From Octopus vulgaris (taxonomy: Eukaryota), in assembly GCA_951406725.2 (NCBI GenBank), contig OX597815.1, positions 56,854,001-56,918,000 of the forward strand: DNA of 64,000 bases, given 5' to 3'. Below the pieces are notes generated by a model. That model made no database searches. It was not told the DNA's origin and saw nothing but the letters and a program-made list of their open reading frames with translations. A program made the translations under genes and the position numbers. Positions 51,307-64,000 of the stretch are shown in pieces (within the stretch, counting starts at the first letter, position 1; every line of letters starts with the position of its first letter).

Positions 51307-52721
51307 TATGTATATATGCAAAAATATATACACATGCACATGTATACACTTCTAAAATTATACATATACTAGCTGGACCCGGGAAAACTTCATGGAAAAC
51401 AAAAAGTGTAAGCATCTGTAAATAGTGGCTTCATTTAATAGCTATCAAATAATTATGCATAAGCAGGACCCTGGAAAATTCTACAAAATACATAAAATGT
51501 AAACACCTTTAAAATTAACATCCAATTATAGCACATTTAAAATTAACATCCAATATTATAGAAAAGTAAAAGTGATATCCAATATTGACTTAAGATCCAG
51601 TATATAAACTACAGTAATCAATTATATTGTAGGAAAGTAAAAGTAACATCCAATATTTGCTGTGGTTATGTATCTGTCTACTCTGAAAATACTGATAAAC
51701 ATGTAAAAACAAATAATGAATATCACCTTCCTTTCAGTCACCACTCACTCCCTCTCTGTCTCTCTTCTCTCTTGCTCTGCCACTCACTTCAACTATACTG
51801 CCTCTACTTAATACTTTTTATTTCTCTTTTTCTTTCTACCTCTCCCTTCAACTGTAGAAAAGTAGCAGTAACTGAGAGAGAGAGAAAGAGTGTGAAAGAG
51901 AAATAGGCAGACAGACAGATAGATAGATAGATACATACGTACATACATACATCATACATGCATAAACACATGCATGCATGCATGCATACATACATACATA
52001 CATACATACATACATTGTTTTACAATTTCCATATATTTAAAGGCTTTGTCATATATCGTATAAAACAAAAAGTCTTCCAGCATTTTCTCTATGAGAATGG
52101 TTTCATTCTCTTTCACCATTATTCTCTATCCACTCCCTTCCTTCACTCAATCTCTCTTCCTCCTCCCACCTATCTCCTTCCTCCATGTTGCCTTGTCTCT
52201 AACCATCCTCCTACATTTAATGTAGTTATATTTCTCTCACCTCTCAGCACTATCAATCTCCCCATCTCTCTCACTCTCTCCAACTCCCCCCTCTTTGCCA
52301 CTTTGCCTCTCACTTCAACTATAGTGCCTCTGCTTAACAAGTTTTATTTTTTTTTTGTTTTACCTCTTCCTTTCAACTCAGTGTGACATACACTACAGGT
52401 ATGTACATATGTACATATTAGCATATTAATATTATTGATGATGATGCATAGTATTACTGAAATAACATGCATCCTTATTTTCTTAATTATATACATATAA
52501 TTGATAATGATATATACCTGATTAATATATTTCTTTGCTATTTTATCTGAAAGAACAAAATTATTAATTTTATGCATTTAGAAATTATATAAATTATGAC
52601 AAAATTTTAAATAAATTATTAGCTGAATTTAATGTTTTTGTTGTGTGTATATGTTAATCAGTGTTCTAACATTGAAATTCTATTTGTGAAATGATCTATT
52701 TCAATTTGTAAAAAATTATAG

Positions 52722-52777
52722 GAGATTCTTCAACGCTGCCGCGTCGAGCCACGTCACTTTCCAGCGTTCCTTCAAAG
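52722..52777 (+). CDS. Exon of the IRAG-family gene; (G)DSSTLPRRATSLSSVPSK
   Basis: Splice sites ttatAG|…|GTaagt; 56 nt, phase 1-0. A GC/CpG-rich island in AT-rich DNA that aligns by position with the recalled IRAG1 segment EDGVPRTARSMSLTLGK. Confidence 0.85.
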
Positions 52778-53313
52778 GTAAGTATTAATCTAAGGATTAT
52801 TTTTCATTAAGACAATCTATTGTTATCATTGATAAATTTCAATAAAGTTTCAATCTGAAAACAGTTAGACCAAATGCCATTGAGTTTGCTATATCTAAAT
52901 TAGATTCAAATTATATTAAATTCAGCCTAGAATATCTCCTGATCTTTTCCACTCAAACCTGTCTCTCACTACCTGTGCACACTCCACAAATGCAATAATT
53001 TCTGCAGTCTTTTCGAACTCACAAAACAAACTATTCTGATAATGTTCATTTTATGAGTCTCAGGCAGTATGCTCCCAAGCAGGTCACTTCAAACTCTCCC
53101 CTCTCTCTCTCTCCATGTATCTACTTATCTCATCCCCTAAAATGGTAGCCTCTCTGACTCTGCCAGCCACTGACCTATCACACTCTCTTTCAACAACTCA
53201 CAGTAGATGAGCTTTCATGAAAGATCCTCTGTATCATCTTGAATGTCTTTCCCTCCTCAATAACAACCTGTGGAGCTTACATATGCATGCATGCATACTT
53301 TCATACATACACA

Positions 53314-53502
53314 CAAGGGTGTGCTGAAAAGTTCCTGGCTTTGTGAAATGCCTTCTGTTTTTTTTACAGGGCTTAGAAAAACTGAAGAAACATTGCAATA
53401 AGTGTGTGAATGTGAGAGGGGAATATGTTGAATAAAATCATAATTAACTGATCCTCCTGTATTTTCTTTTACCCAAAGGCAGGAACTTCTCAATACTCCT
53501 CA
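53314..53502. mobile_element. Mariner-derived MITE (~190 bp)
   Basis: caagggtgtgctgaaaagttcctggcttt … aaaggcaggaacttctcaatactcctca are degenerate TIRs; the interior resembles a transposase 3' end. Confidence 0.7.
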
Positions 53503-53599
53503 TATATAGTATAAATAGTGTAAACCACAGACACTTGCATACTAAAATGAAAAACATGTACACCACACAAATACAATTTAACCATGAGCACAAACATTT

Positions 53600-53966
53600 G
53601 TATATATATAAGGCAGGATGTGTGTGTGTGTGTTTGTACGTGAATGTAGTTTATGCACATCCACAAATTAGCATGCATATCGCTCAAATTTTAGGAGGAC
53701 ATTCATCATGATCCTAGCTGTATTTTCGTCAAATCATTTTCCCCCAAGGCACCCGTGAATAGTGAATTTTCATAGCGGAGAAATCCACTGTAGTGACACC
53801 ATCATTGTTTACAAACATGAGTTAAGTCCCCTTCTAGCGATGGTGTAAAGAGAGGGAGGGAGAGAGAGAGAGATATAATAGATTTTTAAAATTTCGTCTT
53901 TTTACTGAGTGATTGACAGGCAAAAACAGACAGACAGGTGTTGTTATGTATGTGTGAAACACATGC

Positions 53967-54005
<39 letters not shown>

Positions 54006-54670
54006 TCAATATAAACGATAATCTCCATTTCTCCACAGCTAATTTCCAAATTAACTGAATCCGTTGCTCTACTCATAGCGATATATAGCTGGTTGTGGTT
54101 ACCAGAGCAAAAGACCTACGTGTTGACTCTAGACACGCTCCTTCGCAAACAATCAGCTATTATTTTGTAAACAATGTTTCGAAACTGTTCATGTTTTTGA
54201 AGGAGAGATTTGGCTCTCACATCTCTGTGGGAGAAGGTAGGTCTCTCTATTCCACTTACAAAACTTATGTCTCTGTGTTTACAAATTTGCATTTTGTAAA
54301 CAATGTTTCGAAACTGTCCATGTTTTCGAAAGGAGAGATCTGACTCATTTCAATCATAACGTCTACCAATTTTGATGTATTTTGTTCAAACTTGATGCCA
54401 GTATTACTTAGGACTCATGGGATCTTTGAATGCTTTAAGTTCTCCAAAAACGAAAAAAAAAAAAATCGACGAGTGGAAAAAAATCAATAAACTGATTCCT
54501 TATGAGATTTCCCAATCAATTTGTCTGCAAAATTTCAGCCAAAAGTTTACCAATTTCAATGGATTTCACTCAAATTTGATGTCAATGTTACTTAGTTTGC
54601 TTTGAAATAAAGAGCTTGATTAGCTTAATAATCATAACTTAATCCCGAGCAAAGCCGGGCTATACTGCAC
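53600..54670 (+). mobile_element. Non-autonomous Helitron (copy 2)
   Basis: Colinear with 46382-47200; 3' hairpin cccgagcaaagccggg (54644-54659) like that at 11043; ~50-bp internal duplication (about 54161 and 54291). Confidence 0.75.
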
Positions 54671-54796
54671 ATCAATTGAGTAAGATGACCACAAACCCCT
54701 GACACCTGTCTTAACTAAAACAAAAGGGCCTTGCTATTTGGTTAGTGACCAGCTTGAATTCCCTAAATGAAAAAGACTTAAGTAAATCTTAAAGAA

Positions 54797-54832
<36 letters not shown>

Positions 54833-54839
54833 CTTGAAC

Positions 54840-57800
54840 TGGTGGCAAGGGTCTCACAATATGTGAATATGTTTAGAACATGTGTCTGGAGTAGCAAAAG
54901 TGCCCAAAGGTGCCTTGTATATGGCAGTGAACTTTACCTTTCTGGTATGATGTACAAGTGCACATCCAATTACGAATATCTTTTTGCATACAGGGCCACA
55001 TGAAACCACTTGAAATTAATTTTGCTGTTGCTGAAATACCAGGATGAGATAGATTATAAAGAACCAAAAAAGAAACGTTTGTTTATGAATCTTAGGAATG
55101 TAAGGTCTGGAAAAATTGGTAGAAACATCGCACCAAATAGAAGAATTTGTAAAATGTAGTGGTAGTAAACAGAGGTCTAAAGAAGGTGAGTCCAACAATT
55201 GAAGATGCAAAAATTTGTCATCTTGTTATTGATTCAATGCAATTTGCTGCAAGTCAGTGGAATTAATAATATGTATGCAAGATAAGGTATCAGCTGCAGA
55301 ATTATCTGCACCCTTGATGTAATAAATATCAACAGTGTATTGTGAAATGAAATCCAAATGTCATAAGTCTCTGGGCAAATATTTGTTTTTAGTTGTAGAG
55401 CAAAAGTCAATGGTTTATGATCAGTAAAAACTGTAAAGTGTTGCTCCTCAAGAAAGTGTTGGAAATTTTTTCATAGCTAAATAAGCAGTTCTATACTAAA
55501 TGTGCTTTACCTTGACTCTGCTGGTTTGAGGTATTTGGGAAAAAAGCATGTGATTGCCAAGCATCTAGAACAGGGTGAGCCAAAAGTTTAACTCTTGATA
55601 ACTTGTCCTTAATATCCTCAAAAGCTTGTAGTTGAATAGAATTTAATGATATAGGTTCATTTTCCTTTTTTTATTACGTGAGGGGAAAAATTGTCTTAGT
55701 ACAATGTGGAATAAATCTTCTATAGAAGTTAAACTGAGAAATTCTCATAGCTTTGTTGGAGAAGAAAGAACTGGAATATCACAACTAACATCAATCTTCC
55801 CCTGTAATGGACTTATTCCATCTTTATCAATTACATGTCCCAGAAAAGTGATGGAAGGAACACCAAAAACACATTTATTTGCATTAATTATCACACCATA
55901 TTGTGACAGGTGAGTAAAAGGTTGTTTTAAATGAAGTATATGTTCCTCTTCTGTGGAACTGGCTATAATTAAGTCATCAATGTAAGTGAAAACAAAACCT
56001 AGACCATGTGGGGCTTCAATAAATCTCTGAAAAGTATTAGTAGCATTACGTAGGGCAAAAGGCATTTGAATTCGAACAAACCAAAAGGAATAATTAAAGT
56101 AGTCTTAGGGATCAATTGAAACCTGGTTGTATGCACACACTAAATCGAACTTCAAAAAGATACTACTGCCATATAATGATGCAGAAAAATCATGAATATG
56201 AGAAATATTTATCTTGTACTGTTAAAGCGTTGATAATCTCTACAAGGTTGCAAATCTGATTTTTAGGTACAAGGTGTAAGGGAAATAACCAATTATTGCT
56301 AGAAGGATGAATTATACCAAGATCCAACATGTGACTAAATTCCTCCTTAGCTACTTTAAGTTTATTTGTGGCAAGATGTCTGGAACAATACATGACAAAT
56401 GGTCCTTTGGTAATAATATGGTATGTCACTGTATGCACTAGAGTCTTGTTATATCCAGAAATTTTAATAAAAAGTTCATGGAAATGATTAGATGGAACAC
56501 AAAAAAAAAAAGTGGACTGACAGTAGAAGGGCTGGAAAACATACCTTGTGTAGAGAGATGAGTTTTTGTGTCAATTAATTGCTTACTTTTTAAATTGACC
56601 AAATGGTGCAAAATCTGCACTAAGAATCAGGTAAGGTAAGTCTGCAACCATAAAAACCCATAAAAATTGACATCACAGATTTATATCCAAGGTGAATCAT
56701 TTTTCACCAAAAAAGTCTGAATTGGGAAGTGATTTTCTGCTTGTAAGATAACGGCTGTTGGTCCTCATGAATCAGTCAATAAGCTCACAAGCCAAATACT
56801 ATATACTACTCCTATGTCTACCAACAAATGCTGCTTGGAATTGGTACCATAGATTAAAAAAACACACGACAAGTTGATGATCTTTCCAGAGATGTAGTCC
56901 TGTTTAATCTCTAATAAAGGAGTTTTCTTGGCATTGGATAACTGGAGTAAAAGTACACAGGGAAGTACACTTATGTGCATGAATTCCAAAATGATGTCCA
57001 CTCCCTGCTAGTGCTTGTACCATGACATCTAGAAAATGAACATCTGTGAGGTCTTGCATGCAGACTGGAAGTAGGAAACCATAAATGATTAATTTGGTCA
57101 GTAATATTTTGGACATTTTCGTCAACAACTTTGCAAAAAAAGAAGCTAATTCAGAAGATAGTGATGAAATGAAAGGATAATTTTCTGCACCACTTGAAGT
57201 TAAGGAAATGTCCATTATACCATCAGCTGAGTCTGCTAACTGTTGAATGGAACACTGCTCCCTTATGGTTGTTAAAATTGCTTGCAAATTAGTGGATAGG
57301 TGGGAAAAGAAAAGTTGCGGTAAAATGTCCTTGCCCAGAGGATTACTCCCTAATAAATCACACATACATCGGAGCAGTTATGATGGGTATTTATCTCTTA
57401 AAATTTCTATACAAAGGAGCTGATGAAATCGTTTTTGTTTTGATGTGGAGGTGCACCTCAGAATTTCTTTCTTTATATGTTGATATGATGGCTGGTCTGC
57501 ATGGGTGGTGATGAGGTCTTTCATCTCACTGCTTAAGGCAGGTGGTAATATGCTAACTAACAAGTGAAATTGTCTAGTGTTGGAAGTAATTTTGTTAGTT
57601 GCAAAATTTGCGCTTAGTGGAGAAAACCAGATGGCCAGGTCTGCTGTGAATGGTGGGGAAACAAACAACATGGCTGCTGGCATAAGATATGTTAGAAGAA
57701 ATGGAAGGAACTGGAGAAGATGCCATGCTGCATTTGATTACAGGATATAAATTTCAAAGAAAGACAACAGCTGGCAATTGCTCAACTCAAAATGTCCTGC

Positions 57801-58747
57801 TGGCAGATTTAACTGCTATTTCAAGCCAAGCAAAGTGATTCTTTGAAGTTCACAACAGTAGAGAGAGGTAGTAATACTTGGACACAAGAGATTCTGGACT
57901 CCAAATAATTGAAAGTATAAAATCTGCAATAAAAGTTCTACATTTGAATTTCTCAATGGAAAAGATTTTTATGCATGATGTGTAACAATAATTGAGAAAC
58001 TGAGCATCAATAGTCATTCAGGATTTATAGGATGTTCATTGGTGGAAAGTGTGCTTGATCTTTACTACTTATATGTACTGAATTATTGTATAGGATGGCT
58101 GTCAAGTGAGGTCATCAGTTTATATGATGGTTCATCAGTCATTCATTCAGAGTCACCAATTTTTCCAGTAAGTCTAAAGTCCCCCTTGGTTTTACTACTG
58201 AATCATGCATACCATTATAAAATATATGTTGCATGTTCACTCATGGAAGTAATACAAGAAATGAACTTTAGAAATAACAGCAAGACTTTATTCTTCTAAA
58301 GTAGTACAGTGGATCAAGAAAGAAATATCACAAATTCTGATGGTTGTAGTTCATCCATTGTTTGGATAATTCAGCTTGGGTCATTGTTGGTTACATGTGC
58401 TCCATTATATTAATTTTACTCTGGTGAATAACGGCAGGGAATCAACATAACTTGCCTTCATGAAAATCACTCACCCCTCTGCTTGTAGATAATGAGTCAC
58501 ACCAATTTATAGTAAAAAGGAGACTCCAGAGCACATATAGATTAGTTCTTTGAGAATATATTATGCACAGCATGATTGGACTTTCAATCTAAATCCTGCA
58601 CAATATTCAACAAGTTGCAGCACAGGACTCAACTAATGTTCAAAACTCACATGATAGGTAAAACAACCAACCATTACATATTAATGTGCTGAGCCTATAT
58701 CGGTTTAATGTATTCGATATGCCACAATAGCAATTGGTTTCACTACA
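54840..58747 (-). mobile_element. Decayed Ty3/Gypsy LTR retrotransposon, 3'-truncated within integrase
   Basis: Putative 5' LTR starting TGTAGTG at 58747 and PBS-like ttggtg at ~58500. gag PPFTADLAIWF…; RT MPFALRNATNTFQRFI…FTYIDDLII…KCVFG; integrase zinc finger LSHPGISAT…WPCMQKDIRNW…C. Confidence 0.88.
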
Positions 58748-60127
58748 CTATCATTGTCAGAAACCAGTTTCTTCCTTACAGGAATATTTCAAATAATTAA
58801 AAAAAGAGAACATCCATCTGTCTGTCCATCCATCCGTCTGTCTGTCTGTCTGTCAGTCAATCAGTCAATCAACCACCTACTTTTTTGTACCATATATTAG
58901 TGGTCTTTTGTCTTTGACAATTTTGGCAAAAGCAATACTGTATTAACTTCAGTAAATCCTTTGAACATATCTAGATGAGAATTCTCTGGTAAATTTATCA
59001 ACTATGAGCACCATTGAAATTGCTCACTAATAGCATTATATTCATTAATATGTAGACATGCACTTTCTCTCTGCTTCTTCTGTGAGTAGCTTAACAGTCC
59101 CTGATTTCCTGAACTGACTAGCCATTATAGTTTCCTGAGGCTTTCCCCTTAAGAACTGTATCTATCTGAAAACTCCTTTCTTCTACATTTTTCTATACAC
59201 TGGTCTTAATGCTTAAGTTTAAACCTCATCAGTTTGAGAAAAGGCTATGAATACTTTTTCCATGGACTAGAATATAAATAAATAAATAATTACAATTTCA
59301 GTCATCATATCATGCTATGTTTTATAAATCATATTCTTTTTGATGGAGATAAAGAACAGTAGAGTGCCTAATGAATTTTGTGATATTTAGTTATATCCCT
59401 TTACATACTGAGTTTAATTTCCACCAAAGTTGACTTTGCCTTCCATTCCTTCAAAATCGATAAACTATGTACCATTAATAAAAAAAACTTGGTTGATTTT
59501 CTTAATTTTTATCTCTTCTGTTGTAACATTGAGTCAAAATTATTTTGAATGTAAAATTTTTGCCAAAATTATATTTAATTATGTGTAAATATTTTTATCT
59601 TCTAGCTCATATTCTACCTTCTGAATTTGTTTTATTCTTGCAACACCTTTATTTTCACTAAAATTCTTTGCTTTTGCTCGAAATGCAAATATATGATTTG
59701 TTCATTATTGAATATAAGTTTGTTGTATTTATCTTTCTTTCATATAATGATAGGAATTCAATATTCTAGCATATAATGCTGAGAAGTATTAGATTATATA
59801 TCATTTTCTGTTGGATATATGTGATCGTAACTTGATTTCATACAAAGTCAAGTTTCTCAGTGTTTCTTTCATTGCTAAAATCTTTTCTTTTTTTTCTGTT
59901 TTCATAACGGTTTAGATTATGTATGTATACAGATATATACATATGTTCTTATAAAATATAGCTTGAAATATTTGTTAAATGTATCTCTTGTATGAATTGT
60001 TTCTTGTCTAATGTTATTTAACAGGAAAAAGAAAAATCCTGATGCTACAAATGTCTTATAAATATTTAATTTCAAATGAATATTATCTTATTTATTCCTT
60101 TATACTTTTGATTTTGTACATGCTCAG

Positions 60128-60196
60128 AACACTCACCGTTTCAAAGCATTAACAGCTACAAGTATTGCGATGGCATCTGCTGCCAAAATGATGGAG
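60128..60196 (+). CDS. Probable (possibly alternative) exon of the IRAG-family gene; NTHRFKALTATSIAMASAAKMME
   Basis: Splice sites ctcAG|…|GTatat; 69 nt, phase 0-0, open in the frame continuing from 52777. It lies in a repeat-free stretch. No recognisable homology. Confidence 0.6.
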
Positions 60197-61444
60197 GTAT
60201 ATTTCTGAACATCATCTCTAGTTGTGTTAATGCAGCCTTAGACTGTCTGCTAGCTTTGTGATCAGACATTTCGTGCAGATGTAGATATTAGCTGCACCTG
60301 TCTCGACCACATCTTATGCATGTAACAGGATGGAGCATGCCTGCATAGCAGATTCCTAAATTTATCTTATTTATTCCATTATAGTATTCGCATGTATTTG
60401 AGTGGCAAAAGAGTTTGCCACTTTTATCATTTTACAGAACTCTTCTCTGTTATTGCCACTTTTCCCATTACTCCTTTAAATAGACTTATATTAGAACTAC
60501 TATAATTTTAGGCTAATGTATATAAGGAGAATATATTAATAATAAATATTTCTATTTGCATAAACAAATATTTTTCCATGGTTAATAAGTTATAGCTTTT
60601 ATAAAAAAATTTACCCTTGTAAAAGGTAAACATTTTTTATTTAGCCTATTTTATTTAGTCATTCACTCATTCCTTTATTTAATAATCTGTGCAAAAATAT
60701 TTTTGAATGTTAGAATAAGGTATAGAGCTTTTCTGTTATAGGTTTAAGTTATTGGCGCATTAAATCTACTTATCTTTATATCCATTAAGCAAATATGCAT
60801 GTGCACCCACTCACATAGATAATAGTATTCTTTTTATATATAATTGTGTATTTGTTGCTGAGAAATTAAAAATAGAAATAACTTTCAGTGCATCAAAATT
60901 TTTTCGGACATTTTCCTTTGAAAAAAATATTTATGCATAGTTATGTAAAAAGATATGTATGTGCTTGTGAATGTACATGTATGTGTGTGTGCTATATAAA
61001 TTTTCTTTCATCTCCAAAGCGATGTCCATTTATTATTTTAAGCTAAAAACAACTTTTTCAATTTTCTTTCTTAGCTTACATCATCTATTTGTGAATATCA
61101 TCATCATTAACACAAAAATATGTTTTATTTATTTATGTTAATACGGTCTCTTAAATTTTTACTAGGAAGAATTTGTTTTTATTCTTAGTAGAGAAAACAT
61201 ATTCTTATACATTCAGCACACAAATCGGTTCAAATAACTTTATCTCACTAGCATTGGGTTTTCATGCTAATTAAAAATTGTTTTATGTGTGCATGCATGC
61301 TTGTAATGGTTTATATTATTACATACTATTCATATGTCCTTAGCAGAGTACAAAACTTAAAACTTGGCTGGTTTTATCAATGCCTCTGTGCATGTTACCA
61401 GAAATGCAGCTATATACAAAAGCAACTGTATGCAAATATTACTC

Positions 61445-61780
61445 CCATCATCATAGTTTAACTTCCGTTTTCCATCCTGGTATGGGTTGGATGGTTTGAC
61501 TGAGGTCTGGAGAGCCAGCGGCTGCACCAGGCTCCAATCTGATCTGGCAATGTTTCTACAGCTAGATGCCCTTCCTAACACCAACCACTCCAAGATTGTA
61601 GTGAGTGCTTTTTAGATGCCACTAGCACAGGAGCCATCAATCATGTTCAGATAGTGCTTTTTACATGCCACCGACACAAGAGCCAGTCAGGGGGCACTGG
61701 TATCGGCCACAATTAGATGGTGCTTTTTATGTGCCACTGGTACAGGAGCCAGTCAGGTAAATCTGGCATTGACCACAATA
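61445..61780 (-). mobile_element. SINE-type tail with tandem subrepeats
   Basis: Reverse complement of the 23500-23935 family. Confidence 0.7.
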
Positions 61781-61829
61781 CAAATATTTTTTTTTACATT
61801 AACTTAAACTAAATCTATTGGATAATTCT

Positions 61830-62400
61830 CCCTCTTTTTCCTAACATGTATAAACTCCAAACCAACTTATACTCTATGCCTCACTTCTAACTAACAAACA
61901 AACTACATATCCTATTCTACTTTGAGATACAAATCTCTCAACCTCATCTATAGTCTACTTTTGTTGTCAAGCCTACACTCTTTACTCAACTCTCACTCTG
62001 ATATGGCATCTACACATGTAAAGAACCTATTCTCCCTGCCACTAAATTCTTTCATTTGAATTATTAGTAGCAAATTCTCCCTCTCTAATTCCCAATACAT
62101 CTGTTTCTTTTATTATTCTCTAAACTCTTCCAACCACCAACAGTTGTTTGACCATATCTATTCCTACACTGAGAACATTTTTTTCACTTCACCTCTTTTG
62201 AAAGTCATGGCTTTTGGTAATTTTAATGCTCTTCTTTGCTTTTCTACTCATACTGATGCTGCCAACACAGTAACCAAAACTTTTGCAACCCTCAACTCTC
62301 TGCCTCATCTAGTTTTATCTCTTACAAGTTTCCCTGACCAATACGTAAACACCCCAAATCCACGCTATCACTTTGCAAGATAGCTCTAGTTATCATGGTC
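61830..62400 (+). mobile_element. Highly decayed LINE APE-endonuclease fragment
   Basis: ORF 62144-62383 contains VMAFGNFNA (GDFNA-like) and downstream PHLVLSLTSFP. Confidence 0.45.
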
Positions 62401-62819
62401 CATTTTTATCTCTGCACCTGCCAGGCAATCATACCAAATGTACCCTGACCCCATCCTATGATGGGGGTCATGTTAATCATGTCCCCTTCAACAGCAAAAT
62501 GACACCATTGCATTTATTGCATTCCACCCACTAAACTTTAATAACCTGACACTAGAACACTCACGGTTGCTATAAATACTAGACCATCACTTACAGTCAT
62601 ACAAATACTGCACTTTTACTGAGTTATAAAATAGGTAAAATAATCAGTGGATGCAATTTTGAAATGGGAAATCCTTATATTCTCTTGCTAATTACAGCAA
62701 ACTATGAAACATTTAGGATTTGATTCTAGGGAACCTACTTCACAAGCACAGCTTGGAAACTACCTTCATTTTCTTTTACCACTAACCTATGTGCCTATAT
62801 ATATATATATATATATATT

Positions 62820-63135
62820 AGACAAAATGAGATAACAAAGCCAAGGCTGTGAGTTTTCAGGACATTTGTAAGAAAAAAGATGTAAATATAGTCTTACAGC
62901 TGTTTCTGGGATATTATAGATATTCCTTCATTAGAGGTGATGTGAGATAGTTAAATAAAGGTAAATATTTGAGTTCGAAATAAGGAATTATTATGGAAAA
63001 GGAGGAGATAGGGAATATAGAGGGAAATTAGAAATAAAAATATGAAATATATAAAAATATATAATATATAGCACTTACTTAGCATTACCTGCCACTCTTT
63101 TGGTCTTCTAGATACCAGTACCTTTCATACCCTTG
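62820..63135 (-). repeat. Penelope pLTR-like repeat with an inactivated hammerhead motif
   Basis: Minus strand of 62891-62937 reads CUAAUGA-aggaauau…auauccca-GAAA-cagcug-UA (core G5 changed to A); flanked by (TA)n. Confidence 0.55.
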
Positions 63136-63171
<36 letters not shown>

Positions 63172-64000
63172 ATCATCTTTCTGAGTCACTAAATTATTTT
63201 CCCTCCACCACCATACATCTCATTCACCCATACACATATGTTGGAGGAAGTAAGTTGGAGACTGTACAAGGCAGTTCCTCATCAGTAGAGCTGTCCCTAA
63301 AGATACATGCATACATACATGTATATGTATGTACATGTAATACCTATCATTTTTGTTCTCTAAATTCTAAGGATATAGGTTTCTTTCATCGATGGAAACC
63401 ATTTACTTCCTTGTAGGAAAAATTCAAATGAATAAAAAAGATAACATGTTTGTACACACAAACACACGAGTACACACAGACACATACTCACTTGGCATCA
63501 GCAATCACATGTTTAGGGTGGATAGTCATTGAATTTACAATGAATACTATCCCTAACATTAGTGCCTGTCAACCTTGTTAAATAACTGTGATGTGAAAGG
63601 AGGAAAAAACTGAAGCAGAAAGAGAATTACGCTAGTCTTACCTGTCTATCTGGAAGAGTCACTCACAACGATCATGTGCCCTGTCTGCCGCTGTACCGTT
63701 TAACAGGTCTGCTCTTGTATGCTGTCCACTGCCAACTGATCGCTCGTGCCTCACCGACCTCACTTGCATGCTGCAGCCCTTCTGGTGGAACCCACAGGCC
63801 CAACTTCCTACAGGACATGCATACTCCCTCACTTCCTGTCTTTCCCTACAACACAGCCTGGCTCATAACATTACATGCCCCAACTGATCTGAAGATCATT
63901 CAACCAACCTGCCCACACCCTCTTCTCAACTCTGACCACACACCTTAACTTGTCTTATAATCAGCCAACCAGTGGAGAGGGCACCACTCCCTCTGCGACT

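Noticed and set aside
59880-60060. Additional micro-exons after strong polypyrimidine tracts (AG-attat-GTATGT near 59915; AG near 60024)
   Set aside because: The first would be 5 nt and shift the frame; the second has no good donor before a stop. Neither can be supported without RNA data.
63650-64000. GC-richer Cys-containing segment at the window end
   Set aside because: Possibly a LINE ORF1 remnant, but there is no diagnostic motif or splice signal and it is cut by the window edge.

Overview
AT-rich, microsatellite- and transposon-dense metazoan DNA. The SINE, RTE, Helitron and Penelope repertoire and the (TA)n/(CA)n density suggest an Octopus (coleoid cephalopod) genome; this is an inference. 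None of the listed ORFs is a host gene. The host gene is on the + strand and appears as five small GT-AG exons in compatible phase (20002-20133, 27187-27284, 32468-32508, 52722-52777 and, less certainly, 60128-60196). They encode the coiled-coil MRVI1 region of an IRAG/MRVI1/LRMP(Jaw1)-family IP3-receptor-associated protein. The introns hold five mariner copies (one with an uninterrupted 350-aa D,D34D transposase), a Tc1-like element, a hAT element, Helitrons, two decayed Ty3/Gypsy elements, CR1, RTE, Tx1 and Penelope retroelements, tRNA-derived SINEs, foldback elements and a 5S rRNA retrocopy fused to a retroelement tail. The main non-coding signals are: a complete type I hammerhead ribozyme in the sense orientation of the host intron, inside a structured ~500-bp element (49760-49824); a second near-intact hammerhead on the - strand (3039-3120) plus several degenerate ones; a predicted exon-intron duplex over the donor of the last exon; and a perfect 38-bp palindrome just upstream of a splice acceptor. 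All calls were made by eye, and boundaries of decayed repeats are approximate.
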